From Pseudomonadota bacterium (GTDB lineage Bacteria > Bdellovibrionota_B > Oligoflexia > Oligoflexales > RGVZ01): DNA of 64,000 nucleotides. The stretch lies in contig JBEGVZ010000104.1 in the NCBI GenBank assembly GCA_041178085.1, forward strand, positions 1-64,000, in the 5' to 3' direction. Both the position numbers and the translations under genes were made by a program. Below the pieces are notes generated by a model that was given only the letters and a program-made list of their open reading frames with translations, did not search any database and had not been told where the DNA came from. How positions within the stretch are numbered: position 1 is the stretch's first letter; each line of letters opens with the position of its first letter. Positions 43,189 through 52,735 of the stretch are shown here, piece by piece.

Positions 43189-44879
43189 AATGGTTTTTCC
43201 TGCTTGGCCGGTGTACCGGCAACGACGATCTCGCCCGTGTATGTAAATGTGATCAGGAACTCAATCACCTTGCCGTCTGTACCTGGCTTGGGTCCGCTCT
43301 GCTTTTCTTCGATATCCTTGAAAGCCGACACGGTCTTGAGCGCTGACATGACACTCGCGACGGTAGCGTAACCGTCTGTCTCACCTTTGAGCTTGATCTT
43401 GCCCCCACCGTCCGGATTCGACACAAAGTCGAAGGTCGTGACATCAACCTTTACCGTCTTGGGAAGGAAATCACTGACCAGCTTGAGGGCCATGAGCGCG
43501 GGGGTATTGGAATTTTCGCGGATGAAAGAATCCACAGCAGTGCGGCGCGCCTGCGTTTCCTTCCTTGCCAGGTTCCGGAAGTCAGTCTTTACCTTGGTGA
43601 AAGCCACGTTCTCGGTCTTCATCTTGCGCTTCAGGTCCGGAAACTGTGCTGCGATTTCCTTCACGTACAACTGCTGCACTTGCTCAGTCTGGCGCGAGTA
43701 GAAAAATGACTTGATCCCATAGCTAACGACCAGCAATAGGACTGCAAAAGCCACTGCCTTCGAGGCCAGCCCTGCGGCCTTGATCAAGGACTCATAATTC
43801 TGAACATAAGCAAATTCACCGCGCCGCAAGTTGATGGTACTAAGCTTGCGTGAGGACCCGACGGAACGCAGGCCGATGGCAACCGACTGCGGGATCACTG
43901 CGGAGTGCGTAAACAGTGCCGGGTTCATCTTGAGGGCGGTACCTGACAGGTCCATCCTCGTCACTTCCATCTCGAGCCTGTCAGCGAGGTACCGGTCAAT
44001 GTTATCCAGACGCGTCGTCCCGCCAGAAATGACAAGCCGTGTGACCGGGGCCTTTTCATATGTCTTGAACGCATACATGGTCCGGCCGAGTTCCTTGACC
44101 AGCGTGTTCATTGCAAGAGTCAAACGTCCTGCTGCGTGCTTTTCCCTGCCACCAAGGCCACCGGCAGATTCCCCGCCAAACTCCAGCCTGCTGACCTGGT
44201 GCTTCAGCTCCTGAGCCTCGCCATAGGAAATTTCCATGTCACGGGAGAGGAATTCCGTCATGAACCGCCCGCCCAGGTTGATGGAGCGGAACATCCGCAA
44301 AACATCGCCCTGCACCAGGCAAACGCTGGTCTTTTCGTGACCGATGTCAACAAGGCCAACGACTTCCGACGGGTTCAGGTTGAGATGGGGACTCAGGTTG
44401 TAAAACGACAGGCTGTCCACATCGACCAGCTTCGGGTCGATGTTGATACGCTGCAAATGCTCCAGGAAAGTTTTAAGGAATATCTTCCTGGTCAAGACCA
44501 CCAGCGCAAGGGTCTTGCTGTCGGCTGCGCCCAGCAACTGGTGATCGATGATCATGTCGTCCAGGTCAAACGGGACGACATCTTCGACCTCAGAGAACAC
44601 AGCAGCCTGAATCTTGCGCGGATCGGAAAAATTGAACGGCAAAATCCGGCTGGAAATGTACTGCCCGGGCATTGCGGTGATGATTCGGTCCGCATCGAGG
44701 GAATTCTCGCGAAATAACTGTTCCATGGTCGACGGAACGATCACATCAGGATCAGTATCCTCTCGAACGGGAATGATCTTCTCGTAGAAATTGGAAATCT
44801 CGTAGGACTTGAAGGTGTTGATGATCTCAACTGCCTTGATCGAGTAACTTCCGATGTCAAGCCCGATGATTTTCTGCAT
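43185..44879 (-). CDS. gspL: T2SS GspL equivalent (PilM-like actin-fold domain fused to PilN-like domain)
   Basis: IGLDIGSYSIK, VDIGHEKT, GG, LVISGG, INLRRGEF, TM and periplasmic domain. Confidence 0.85.
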   Translation of the reverse strand: MQKIIGLDIGSYSIKAVEIINTFKSYEISNFYEKIIPVREDTDPDVIVPSTMEQLFRENSLDADRIITAMPGQYISSRILPFNFSDPRKIQAAVFSEVEDVVPFDLDDMIIDHQLLGAADSKTLALVVLTRKIFLKTFLEHLQRINIDPKLVDVDSLSFYNLSPHLNLNPSEVVGLVDIGHEKTSVCLVQGDVLRMFRSINLGGRFMTEFLSRDMEISYGEAQELKHQVSRLEFGGESAGGLGGREKHAAGRLTLAMNTLVKELGRTMYAFKTYEKAPVTRLVISGGTTRLDNIDRYLADRLEMEVTRMDLSGTALKMNPALFTHSAVIPQSVAIGLRSVGSSRKLSTINLRRGEFAYVQNYESLIKAAGLASKAVAFAVLLLVVSYGIKSFFYSRQTEQVQQLYVKEIAAQFPDLKRKMKTENVAFTKVKTDFRNLARKETQARRTAVDSFIRENSNTPALMALKLVSDFLPKTVKVDVTTFDFVSNPDGGGKIKLKGETDGYATVASVMSALKTVSAFKDIEEKQSGPKPGTDGKVIEFLITFTYTGEIVVAGTPAKQEKPL

Positions 44880-44914
44880 TAATAGCTATCCCGGCGGAAT
44901 TGCAGTCAGATTCC

Positions 44915-44944
44915 ATTGTCGCCCGTCGTGCATTGGCATGTCAA
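44915..44944 (-). promoter_or_regulatory. Internal sigma70-type promoter upstream of gspL
   Basis: TTGACA-N18-GACAAT, ending 35 bp before ATG 44879. Confidence 0.5.
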
Positions 44945-44951
44945 CGTCACC

Positions 44952-45221
44952 AACTGCTCTCCACCCCTGCGCCTGACATCTGATGTCACTGCATCCCACG
45001 TTCTGCCCCGGCTTTTCTGCTGTCTATTAACCCGACTTTGTTGGGATATCAGACCAGCGACTGCGATATGCGAAGCCTGCGCGCCAGAGAATTAAAAAGA
45101 GAATCGACAGGATCGTGGGGTTATCAACAGGCCGGTCAAAGGCCCAAATCGGCGTAATGACAGGGACTGGGCTCATGTAAAACCCCGCCAAACACCTCAG
45201 GCGCAGTTGAGTAGAGCAGTT
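44952..45221. mobile_element. 270-bp element with 25-bp terminal inverted repeats (MITE-like)
   Basis: AACTGCTCTCCACCCCTGCGCCTGA (44952-44976) versus reverse complement of 45197-45221, AACTGCTCTACTCAACTGCGCCTGA: 21/25 identical. Fills most of the gspK-gspL gap. Confidence 0.6.
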
Positions 45222-45222
45222 C

Positions 45223-46509
45223 CTACAGGAACCGCCAATAAAGGACCCTGAAGGCAGACCTGCTCGACAGGTTCGAACCAACGGCAGTTCCGTCAGGAAT
45301 GACTCTTTCGATCACAGCAAGCAGGGTACGTCTGGTATCGCCGGAGGAAGCATTGATCTCGATGCGGTAGGTTTGGGACATTCGACCAAACCAGGAGGAT
45401 TTGTTTGCCGGATCAGCCTGGTTGCCACCTCCCCCATCACTGCGGGAATAGCCGAAGAGGTCAGAAATCACCTGGTCCATGGGCTTGTCCTTACCGGCCA
45501 GAGATTTGAATTCGGTCTCCCGCAATTTGAGCATCTGGGCAAGACGCTTGAAACGCTCGGGGCCGGCGTCCTGGAAAAAGCATTGGAGTAGCTCGCGTGG
45601 AGCCGAGTTAATGTTGATCTTGGGCCGGTCCTCCCGTTTCTTCCAGATGGGAAAAACGGTCAAGTAGGGTGCGAAAACCTTGTGGACATCCTCATCCCAT
45701 CCCTCAATCATTTTCAGTTCATCGATGGAGTCCAACGGACCGTTTTTCGCCTTATAAGGCTTCTTGCGCCGGCTATAAGGATCGGACTCGTCGGAAAATC
45801 CGGATTCCGATTCAACCCGTGAATCTGGATCCACCCAATCCTGCACCCGGGCCGACAGCTCCATCGGAGTCAAACGCTTCTTGGACAGGAAGGCTTTTTC
45901 CGCGGGGCAGCTTAGCAGGGCGGTCAACATTGCACGCACGGCCGCACAAGGTTCCCGCGCGCCGCTGGAGCAGTAATTCAGGTCGATCTTCTGCTGCTCA
46001 TCCGCGATCTTGATCGCAAAGGATCCCTCGATTGCCTTGAGTTGATCGATGGTGCCAGAATCCATCACATTGCTCAGACCAAATGCCGCAACAAAGGACT
46101 GAACCATGTCAGCGTCCTCCCCTCCCAAGGGCGGCAACTGATTGAGCAGCTCCCACAGGCGCAAGTCCATGTCCCCCAGCCCAAGTGATTGCAAGGCTGG
46201 CGTCGAGCTGAGCGTGAGGTCTTTTGCAAGATCCGCCGACAACATGAAGGTGGAGAGGTTGAAGCCTGACTTTGCCGCATACTCGGCCCGCACGCGATCC
46301 CGCTGGGTAACTGCGAGCTGCAGGTCAACCTGGGATGAAACGATCGACTCGGCTGCAAACAGGATCATGATGGCAATCATCATCACTGCCATCAGCAGGG
46401 CAATGCCCTTATCGCCTTTTTTTTCTGGAGCACATGTCCCATGCGCAACAGGAAATCCAAGAAGCGTTTGAACACTTCTGGAATCACCTTTTTTGCGCAG
46501 GAGCCACAT
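45223..46509 (-). CDS. gspK: T2SS minor pseudopilin K
   Basis: KG|IALLMAV prepilin-like site, AKSG, DEQQKIDLN, DWVD, KNGPLDSIDELKMIEG, ININSA. Confidence 0.92.
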   Translation of the reverse strand: MWLLRKKGDSRSVQTLLGFPVAHGTCAPEKKGDKGIALLMAVMMIAIMILFAAESIVSSQVDLQLAVTQRDRVRAEYAAKSGFNLSTFMLSADLAKDLTLSSTPALQSLGLGDMDLRLWELLNQLPPLGGEDADMVQSFVAAFGLSNVMDSGTIDQLKAIEGSFAIKIADEQQKIDLNYCSSGAREPCAAVRAMLTALLSCPAEKAFLSKKRLTPMELSARVQDWVDPDSRVESESGFSDESDPYSRRKKPYKAKNGPLDSIDELKMIEGWDEDVHKVFAPYLTVFPIWKKREDRPKININSAPRELLQCFFQDAGPERFKRLAQMLKLRETEFKSLAGKDKPMDQVISDLFGYSRSDGGGGNQADPANKSSWFGRMSQTYRIEINASSGDTRRTLLAVIERVIPDGTAVGSNLSSRSAFRVLYWRFL

Positions 46510-46510
46510 C

Positions 46511-47317
46511 TCAATACCACCTGATGCTGTTGACTGGCTGTTTCAACTCGGCCATCCCGGAGGAAAGAGCCGGTACGACAATAGTCCGCATATCGAAGGT
46601 TGCTGCACCCTGGTTGGCCTCTCCTGACTGCCCCTGGGGGTTGGCTGAAGCAGGCAGGCCAAAGGGGGTCCCGGCGGTGTCAACAAAGGCCGATAACTCG
46701 ATCCTGACCAACTTCGGCAGTTTGTTGCGCGTGTCGCCGCGAGTCGAATCCCAGCGGTCTCGCAACCAGTCATCTCCTCGCCAGCCAACGATCTTGAGCG
46801 CCTTTACGTTGCGCAAGATCATGTTCATCGGTGGATCCTCGCGAAAGTTTGCGCTGCCGATGTTGATTGCCCCACGGTACAGGTCCTTTTCACCGGGACG
46901 CCCCTCCGCGTCCTTGAGTTCGTAGACGACGTAGGCTTGGTCACCCTCATGGTTGTTGGCAAGGAGAGGCAGGTTGGAAAAAGTCGTCAGCGAAAGTTTG
47001 TCGCTGTCTCCCGCCGGATCGACCCTGAATATCGTCTTCATGGTCCGCTCAACAGGCATCCGTATCTGATCCGTATTGGCAAGGATGAATGCGTGTTCAA
47101 TGTCGCGCGTCAGCATCTCCATTGCAAAGTTCAACTGTCGTACCGAGCGCGACTGGGTAGACAAACCCTGACGGACGTCAATTGCCGAACGCATCATCAC
47201 CACGACAGCAACCGTCAGGGAGAGCAAGATGGCGATGGAAATCACGATTTCGATGATCGTGAAACCGGCCGTCGACACCGGCCTCCGTTTTTTCAACACA
47301 GGTCCGCAAACGTTCAC
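46511..47317 (-). CDS. gspJ: T2SS minor pseudopilin J
   Basis: AG|FTIIEIVISI; WDS...LPKLVRIEL. Confidence 0.88.
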   Translation of the reverse strand: MNVCGPVLKKRRPVSTAGFTIIEIVISIAILLSLTVAVVVMMRSAIDVRQGLSTQSRSVRQLNFAMEMLTRDIEHAFILANTDQIRMPVERTMKTIFRVDPAGDSDKLSLTTFSNLPLLANNHEGDQAYVVYELKDAEGRPGEKDLYRGAINIGSANFREDPPMNMILRNVKALKIVGWRGDDWLRDRWDSTRGDTRNKLPKLVRIELSAFVDTAGTPFGLPASANPQGQSGEANQGAATFDMRTIVVPALSSGMAELKQPVNSIRWY

Positions 47318-48123
47318 GGCTGACCCCCACCTGTGGAGTTCGGCGGGTTTGACCCCGTCGCGCCGCCTGAGGCGCCCCCGGTTGTCGGCTTTGGACCACC
47401 TCCAGTCGTCGCACCGCCCGTCGCACCACCTGTCGCACCACCGCCGCCCTGTTGCTGGCCTGCCGTACTTGTATTTTCCTTCTTCAGAAGCGCCTCGTAA
47501 GCACCCTTCAATCCTGCAAGAGTGCTATCCATCTTCTCCTGGTTGACCAGTATCATCCCAAGGCTGGTGCTGTTCCGCGTTGCACCCTCTGGCCAATAGA
47601 CAGTGACCTTTGCCATCTTGAAGGCATCGTCCCCGATTGCCTGGTCAAGGGCTGTTTTCACGATCTCACCAAGTCCTCCAGCCGCCGAAGAGGACTCACC
47701 GTCGGCTCCCTTTTTTGCTGCAAGAGCACCCGCCAGGATGCTGCCCATGTTGAGTTTCCACTCCTGGATTTCGATGTCGTAGCTGTAATCAGGAGCATCC
47801 TCGAATTTCTGATCTTTGACGGACGTGGTGAGCTCCTTGAAGGGGCGAAATGCAGCCTGATACTCCACCTGGCCCATAAGCCGCTTCGCCAGCCACGATG
47901 CTTCACTGACCCGGCGACCGTACTCAGCAAATGAGATGGCATTGCCTTGCACCCCGCCCATCTGGATGATGAGGAAAGCCATCAGGCTAAGGGCAATGAC
48001 AGTCTCGACTAGCGTGAAGCTCCGCTCTCCCGGGTTGGCTGAACCAGGAAACCTGCCGGAGGCGATGCGCGCCGTCTTGATTGCTTTGAGCCGATACATC
48101 TTCAAGGATGAAACAAACTCCAA
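47314..48123 (-). CDS. gspI: T2SS minor pseudopilin I-like
   Basis: RS|FTLVETVIAL, ASWLA, VTVYWPEG; Gly/Thr-rich tail. Start may be ATG 48099. Confidence 0.75.
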   Translation of the reverse strand: MEFVSSLKMYRLKAIKTARIASGRFPGSANPGERSFTLVETVIALSLMAFLIIQMGGVQGNAISFAEYGRRVSEASWLAKRLMGQVEYQAAFRPFKELTTSVKDQKFEDAPDYSYDIEIQEWKLNMGSILAGALAAKKGADGESSSAAGGLGEIVKTALDQAIGDDAFKMAKVTVYWPEGATRNSTSLGMILVNQEKMDSTLAGLKGAYEALLKKENTSTAGQQQGGGGATGGATGGATTGGGPKPTTGGASGGATGSNPPNSTGGGQP

Positions 48124-48136
48124 CTAGAAAAGATTT

Positions 48137-48988
48137 TCAGTCCAGGACAACCTGAGATTCTTCGCCAGTATCAATGGTATCAAGGGTGCCCGCGTAAGCA
48201 CTGGTCTTGAATGTATAGGGCGGGATTGTATCATCCGGCACGCGGTCGTCTTTTTTGTAGGAAATGATCATCCATGCCCGCTCCACATATCCACCAGGAA
48301 GAAAGTACAAAAATGCCCGCCCGTTTTCCTGCATATCAACGACTGATTGCTTTGATGCGTGATGTTCTGCCTGCATCTCCTTGACCATGAGAAACGGTCC
48401 TAGTGTACGTTCGCGCCATTCCAGGTTCGTGACCCGGGTCCATTTCGGACGGAGCAGACGCGCCTTTGCCTGTACGACTGGCGAAACGGGCTTGAACTCG
48501 GTCTGGGTGTCAGGATCAACGATCGGTTCCCCGGCAAGTGACTCGTACTCGAGGAACTCGTTCTCCGCTGCCGCTTCCAGATCCTTCTCTTCTTCCTCGG
48601 TTGGGTCGTTCTGCAACCGGGCGTCCCCAAGCACAAAATCTTTCTGGTCAGTGGTCTCCAGCCAGTACCTTCCACTATTGAACTCGAAGACAAGGCGATA
48701 AGGGCGGCCAGTGAGCACCGAAAGGTCAAAGGCGCTGCGTACGTCTTCGGCAAGCCGTCCCACCTTGGTGGCAGCCTCGGCACCTGACTTGGCACTGAAT
48801 TGGGGAATTGCGACTGAATAGATAAAGGCAACGAGCGCCACCACGATGACCACTTCGAAAAGGGTCAGGCCGCGCTCGTCGCCAAGAAACCGGTTTACCG
48901 CGAAAACGCTGCGACGATCAGGGATTTCCTGCCGCCCCGGCAGCCTGCTCCGGATAAACGATGTCGTCAGCGTTGCCAATCTGGCCAT
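48137..48988 (-). CDS. gspH: T2SS minor pseudopilin H-like
   Basis: RG|LTLFEVVIVV, YRLVF, LYFLPGG. Nearest in-frame ATG lies inside gspG, so the start is uncertain. Confidence 0.8.
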   Translation of the reverse strand: MARLATLTTSFIRSRLPGRQEIPDRRSVFAVNRFLGDERGLTLFEVVIVVALVAFIYSVAIPQFSAKSGAEAATKVGRLAEDVRSAFDLSVLTGRPYRLVFEFNSGRYWLETTDQKDFVLGDARLQNDPTEEEEKDLEAAAENEFLEYESLAGEPIVDPDTQTEFKPVSPVVQAKARLLRPKWTRVTNLEWRERTLGPFLMVKEMQAEHHASKQSVVDMQENGRAFLYFLPGGYVERAWMIISYKKDDRVPDDTIPPYTFKTSAYAGTLDTIDTGEESQVVLD

Positions 48989-49394
48989 CCGGACCACCAC
49001 TGATGATCTTGAAATTTCTTCCGTCGGACTCATATTGGAACTTCACGTTCCATGGGTCACTCAGCTTGTTCGCTTCGATGTACGGACCGCGCCACGTCTT
49101 CACGTCCGAAGGTGCAGTCATCATGGCGTCGAGTCCCTGCTCAGTCGTCGGATAGCGACCGTTGTGAACACGGTACAGCTGCAAGCTCTGTTCAATCACA
49201 CCCATGCCAAGCTTTGTCTGGTCCTTCTTCGCCTCTTCCTGTTGCCCGATTAGGTTCCGGACGAGATACGCCATGAGCGTGCCCATCAAGGCCACGACAA
49301 TGATGATCTCGATCAAGGACATACCGGACATGGAGTTCTGGTTTCCGGCAAACGGCCGGCGCATCATCTCGACAAAGTTTCTAATCCGCTTCAT
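48918..49394 (-). CDS. gspG: T2SS major pseudopilin G
   Basis: SG|MSLIEIIIVV, YPTTEQGL, WRGPY, DPW, SGGPDG...DDI. Confidence 0.95.
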   Translation of the reverse strand: MKRIRNFVEMMRRPFAGNQNSMSGMSLIEIIIVVALMGTLMAYLVRNLIGQQEEAKKDQTKLGMGVIEQSLQLYRVHNGRYPTTEQGLDAMMTAPSDVKTWRGPYIEANKLSDPWNVKFQYESDGRNFKIISGGPDGQIGNADDIVYPEQAAGAAGNP

Positions 49395-49457
49395 GACATC
49401 TCCTTGGATTCGACATTCGCCCAGCAGGACAAATACTACTAGAACCGTTGCAAAAAA

Positions 49458-50678
49458 TCACCGCACACGATTCATGACGCTCAACATCGGAATCATCAAC
49501 GCCGCCAGGATGCCCCCTGCACCGCCAGCCATCAAGATCACCATGGCCGGCTCAATCAAGGCAATCATGGAATTCACCTTGCGTTCAACTTCGGCATCAT
49601 AAGCAGTTGCCACATGACCGAGCATCTCTTCAAGCTGGCCCGTTTTTTCGCCAGTCATGATCATATGCGTCACCAGGGGTGGGAACTGTTCACTTCGTTC
49701 AATCGTGGCGCTGAGGCTCTTACCTTCCTGGACAGCGACCTTCGCCTCATCAAGGACACCGGCAATCACTGAATTCGGGATCACGTTCTTGGTGATCTCA
49801 ATCGCGCTGATGATCGGCACACCTGAATTCAGCAGGGTCGACAAGGTCCTGGTGAACCGGGAAACGTTTGTACGTAGTACGATCGGGCCGAACACCGGGG
49901 CTCTAAGCAACCATGCATCGAATTTCCTGCGTCCGGATTCGCTCCCAACCCAATACTTGAAAAGGAAGTAGCCCATGACCCCGCCGGCGCCGACCAGCCA
50001 CCAGTAGCTTTGTAGAAACTCGGATAGCTTGATGAGCAATTCGGTGTACCAGGGCAGCTGCACCTTGAGGCTGATGAAAACCTTCTGCAACTTTGGAACA
50101 ACGCTGACAAAGAGGAAGACAACAATGCTGGAACTGGCGACGATCATCACCGCTGGATAGGTCATCGCGCTGACGATCTGCCCCCGGATCTTAACCTGGT
50201 ACTCAATGAAATCAGCAAGGCGTTCAAGCACAAGCGCCATAGTGCCGGATGACTCGCCGGCCTTGACCATGTTGACATACAGCCGGTCAAATACACCAGG
50301 AAACGAACTCATCGCTTCTCCAAGGGACTTACCCTCGGAGATCTGATCCTTCACCGAAGACAGTGCATTGCGCAGCACCGGGTTTTCCACCTGCTGGGTC
50401 AGTGCGCGCAACGATTCGTCCAGCGGGACTGACGCAGTCTGCAGGGTTGCAAACTGCCGGGTCATGATCGCCACGTCCTGCTGGGAAACACGGGAACTTG
50501 AAAAGCGGGACTTGGTCTTCGCCTTGCTGGCTGACTCTTCCTCTTTGATTTCTGAGACCATGATGCCATCGCGCTGGCGCAGCTTCTGGCGCGCAGCCTT
50601 GACGCTTTCAGCCTCTACTTTCCCTTTCTTCTGGGAACCGGAGGCAGCGTCATATCCCTTGTAATTAAAAACAGGCAA
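49458..50678 (-). CDS. gspF: T2SS inner-membrane platform protein F
   Basis: TRQFATL, AGESSG, AMTYP, SGVP, GEKTG, IEP motifs. Confidence 0.95.
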   Translation of the reverse strand: MPVFNYKGYDAASGSQKKGKVEAESVKAARQKLRQRDGIMVSEIKEEESASKAKTKSRFSSSRVSQQDVAIMTRQFATLQTASVPLDESLRALTQQVENPVLRNALSSVKDQISEGKSLGEAMSSFPGVFDRLYVNMVKAGESSGTMALVLERLADFIEYQVKIRGQIVSAMTYPAVMIVASSSIVVFLFVSVVPKLQKVFISLKVQLPWYTELLIKLSEFLQSYWWLVGAGGVMGYFLFKYWVGSESGRRKFDAWLLRAPVFGPIVLRTNVSRFTRTLSTLLNSGVPIISAIEITKNVIPNSVIAGVLDEAKVAVQEGKSLSATIERSEQFPPLVTHMIMTGEKTGQLEEMLGHVATAYDAEVERKVNSMIALIEPAMVILMAGGAGGILAALMIPMLSVMNRVR

Positions 50679-50697
50679 TCAAGGCTCCTGCAGGAAA

Positions 50698-52689
50698 TCA
50701 AAGACCAAGGTCAAGGTCGTCCGTCTGCGTCTTCTGGATCGCTTCATCAATCGAGGTGAGACCCTCAACCACCTTTGCCATCGCGGACTCACGCAGAGTC
50801 TTCATGCCGCGCTCGATGGCAACCCGCTTGATCGCCTTGGCATCCTGGGACTTGATGATCGTCTCACGAATCACATCGTCAAAAACCATCAGCTCATAAA
50901 CACCAAGACGACCGGCGTAACCCTGGTTCTGGCAACGTTCACAGCCAGACCCTGCACGATAGATCTTTTTTCCACCAAGCTTTTCCCTGGTGGTACCGAG
51001 TATCTGAATTTCCCGATCGCTCGGCTCGTAGGCCTCGCGGCAGTATTGGCATACCTTGCGGACAAGACGTACCGCCGCAACCCCGAGCACGGCTGACGAA
51101 ATTTGAAACGGCTGGATGTTGAAATCCATCAAACGCGTGACGGTCGCGGCAGAGTCGTTTGTGTGCAGGGTGGAGAATACAAGGTGACCAGTCATCGAGG
51201 ACTGCATGGCAATGCCAGCAGTCGTTGCATCACGGATCTCACCAATCATGATCACGTCCGGATCCTGGCGCAGGATTGAGCGAAGGCCTTCCGCAAAGCC
51301 CATGCCGATCTTGTCCTTGACCTCGATCTGGCCCACACCCGGCAACTGGTATTCAACAGGATCTTCAATGGTGAGGATGTTGATATCCGTCGAATTGATG
51401 TGCATCAAAGAAGCATAGAGCATGCTGGACTTACCGGATCCGGTGGGACCGGTCACCAGGATCATCCCGTGTTTCTGCTCAATCAAGCCGGTCCAGACCT
51501 TGAACAAATCTGCTTCCATGCCCATCTGGTCAAGACGCTTGGCACCAGAAGTCTTGTCCAGGAGACGCATCACGATGCGTTCGCCGTGGGCGGTTGGCAG
51601 CACTGACAAACGGACGTCGATATCACGGCCTGCAACTTTGATGTTGATACGCCCGTCCTGCGGAACACGTTTCTCAGCAATGTTCAGCTTGCCGAGGATC
51701 TTCACGCGTGACGCAAGTGAGTTACCGTGCCGCTTTGGAATCTGCATCTTGTCGTGCAAGGCGCCGTCGATGCGAAAACGGACGACGATCTCGGCGTCAT
51801 AAGGTTCGATGTGGATGTCGGACGCTTTTTCCTTCACCGCGCGGGTGAGCAATCCGTTGACCAGGCGGATGATCGGCTTTTCGTCATCCGTTGACTCGAG
51901 CAAGTCCCGTGTCTCCTCGAGGTCCTCATCGACACCGATTTCAGGGACGTTGAGCTCGTCGATCACCTTCTGAGAAGCATCATTGGAACGTTCAAACACA
52001 CGGTTGATCGCCGCGTCGATGACCGAGGGGGGACTGACCACAATATTGATGTTGGTCGAGAGGATCAGGCGCAGGTCATCAAGCGGAAAGATGTTCAAGG
52101 GGTCTGCAACCGCAACCGTGACATTAAAATCATCTCGCGCCACGGGTAACAGCTTGTTGTCCCGGCAAAACGCAATCGGGATGTTCTCAACCAGGCCTGG
52201 ATCGATGTCATTGACTGGCAACCTGGTGTAATACGGCAGGTCGAGCTGGACCGCCAAGGCGCGCAGCATATCCTCTTCGCTAATCAGCGCCTTCTCAAGA
52301 AGGATCTGCCCTAGCTTCTTACCCTTGCCAGCAGCTTGCTGGTCACTCAGCGCCTGATCGAGTTGTTCACGGCTGATGACTGCTGTCTCGACCAGAATTT
52401 CGCCCAGGGATTTCTTTCGCTTGCGCGCTCCCGGAATGCCAGAATCCGCGACCGGCAACTGGGACCACTTGGGCCCGGCGGCTGCCTCCTCTCCGGCGGG
52501 ATCGTCCTTGGCAGCGGAATCTTTACCGGGGTTGTCTGCGACATTTCCCGGGTCAAGGTCAAAAGCGGAATCAAACGCGGCGGGACCAGGAAACTCTGGT
52601 TCTTCCCCACCACCCCGGTTGTCTGTCATGTCCTGAGCATCCACCAAGACGACCTCCACCCTGTCACATAACAACCCAAATCCAGCCAA
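50698..52689 (-). CDS. gspE: T2SS ATPase E with N-terminal MshEN-like domain
   Basis: LGEILV/LGQILL repeats, ASDIHIEP, GPTGSGKS, EDPVE, RQDPDVIMIGEIRD, TLHTND, CxxC...CxxC. Start may be 52629. Confidence 0.96.
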   Translation of the reverse strand: MAGFGLLCDRVEVVLVDAQDMTDNRGGGEEPEFPGPAAFDSAFDLDPGNVADNPGKDSAAKDDPAGEEAAAGPKWSQLPVADSGIPGARKRKKSLGEILVETAVISREQLDQALSDQQAAGKGKKLGQILLEKALISEEDMLRALAVQLDLPYYTRLPVNDIDPGLVENIPIAFCRDNKLLPVARDDFNVTVAVADPLNIFPLDDLRLILSTNINIVVSPPSVIDAAINRVFERSNDASQKVIDELNVPEIGVDEDLEETRDLLESTDDEKPIIRLVNGLLTRAVKEKASDIHIEPYDAEIVVRFRIDGALHDKMQIPKRHGNSLASRVKILGKLNIAEKRVPQDGRINIKVAGRDIDVRLSVLPTAHGERIVMRLLDKTSGAKRLDQMGMEADLFKVWTGLIEQKHGMILVTGPTGSGKSSMLYASLMHINSTDINILTIEDPVEYQLPGVGQIEVKDKIGMGFAEGLRSILRQDPDVIMIGEIRDATTAGIAMQSSMTGHLVFSTLHTNDSAATVTRLMDFNIQPFQISSAVLGVAAVRLVRKVCQYCREAYEPSDREIQILGTTREKLGGKKIYRAGSGCERCQNQGYAGRLGVYELMVFDDVIRETIIKSQDAKAIKRVAIERGMKTLRESAMAKVVEGLTSIDEAIQKTQTDDLDLGL

Positions 52690-52735
52690 TCAATCTGCCG
52701 ACAACTCCACAATCACCCAACAATGACCCAGGGAA

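Noticed and set aside
45121..45129. DnaA box / replication origin in the gspK-gspL gap
   Set aside because: Only one imperfect box (TTATCAACA), no cluster, and no dnaA/dnaN/gidA context.
44950..45223. 2-bp CC target-site duplication around the 270-bp element
   Set aside because: Too short to distinguish from chance and not mirrored at the IS.
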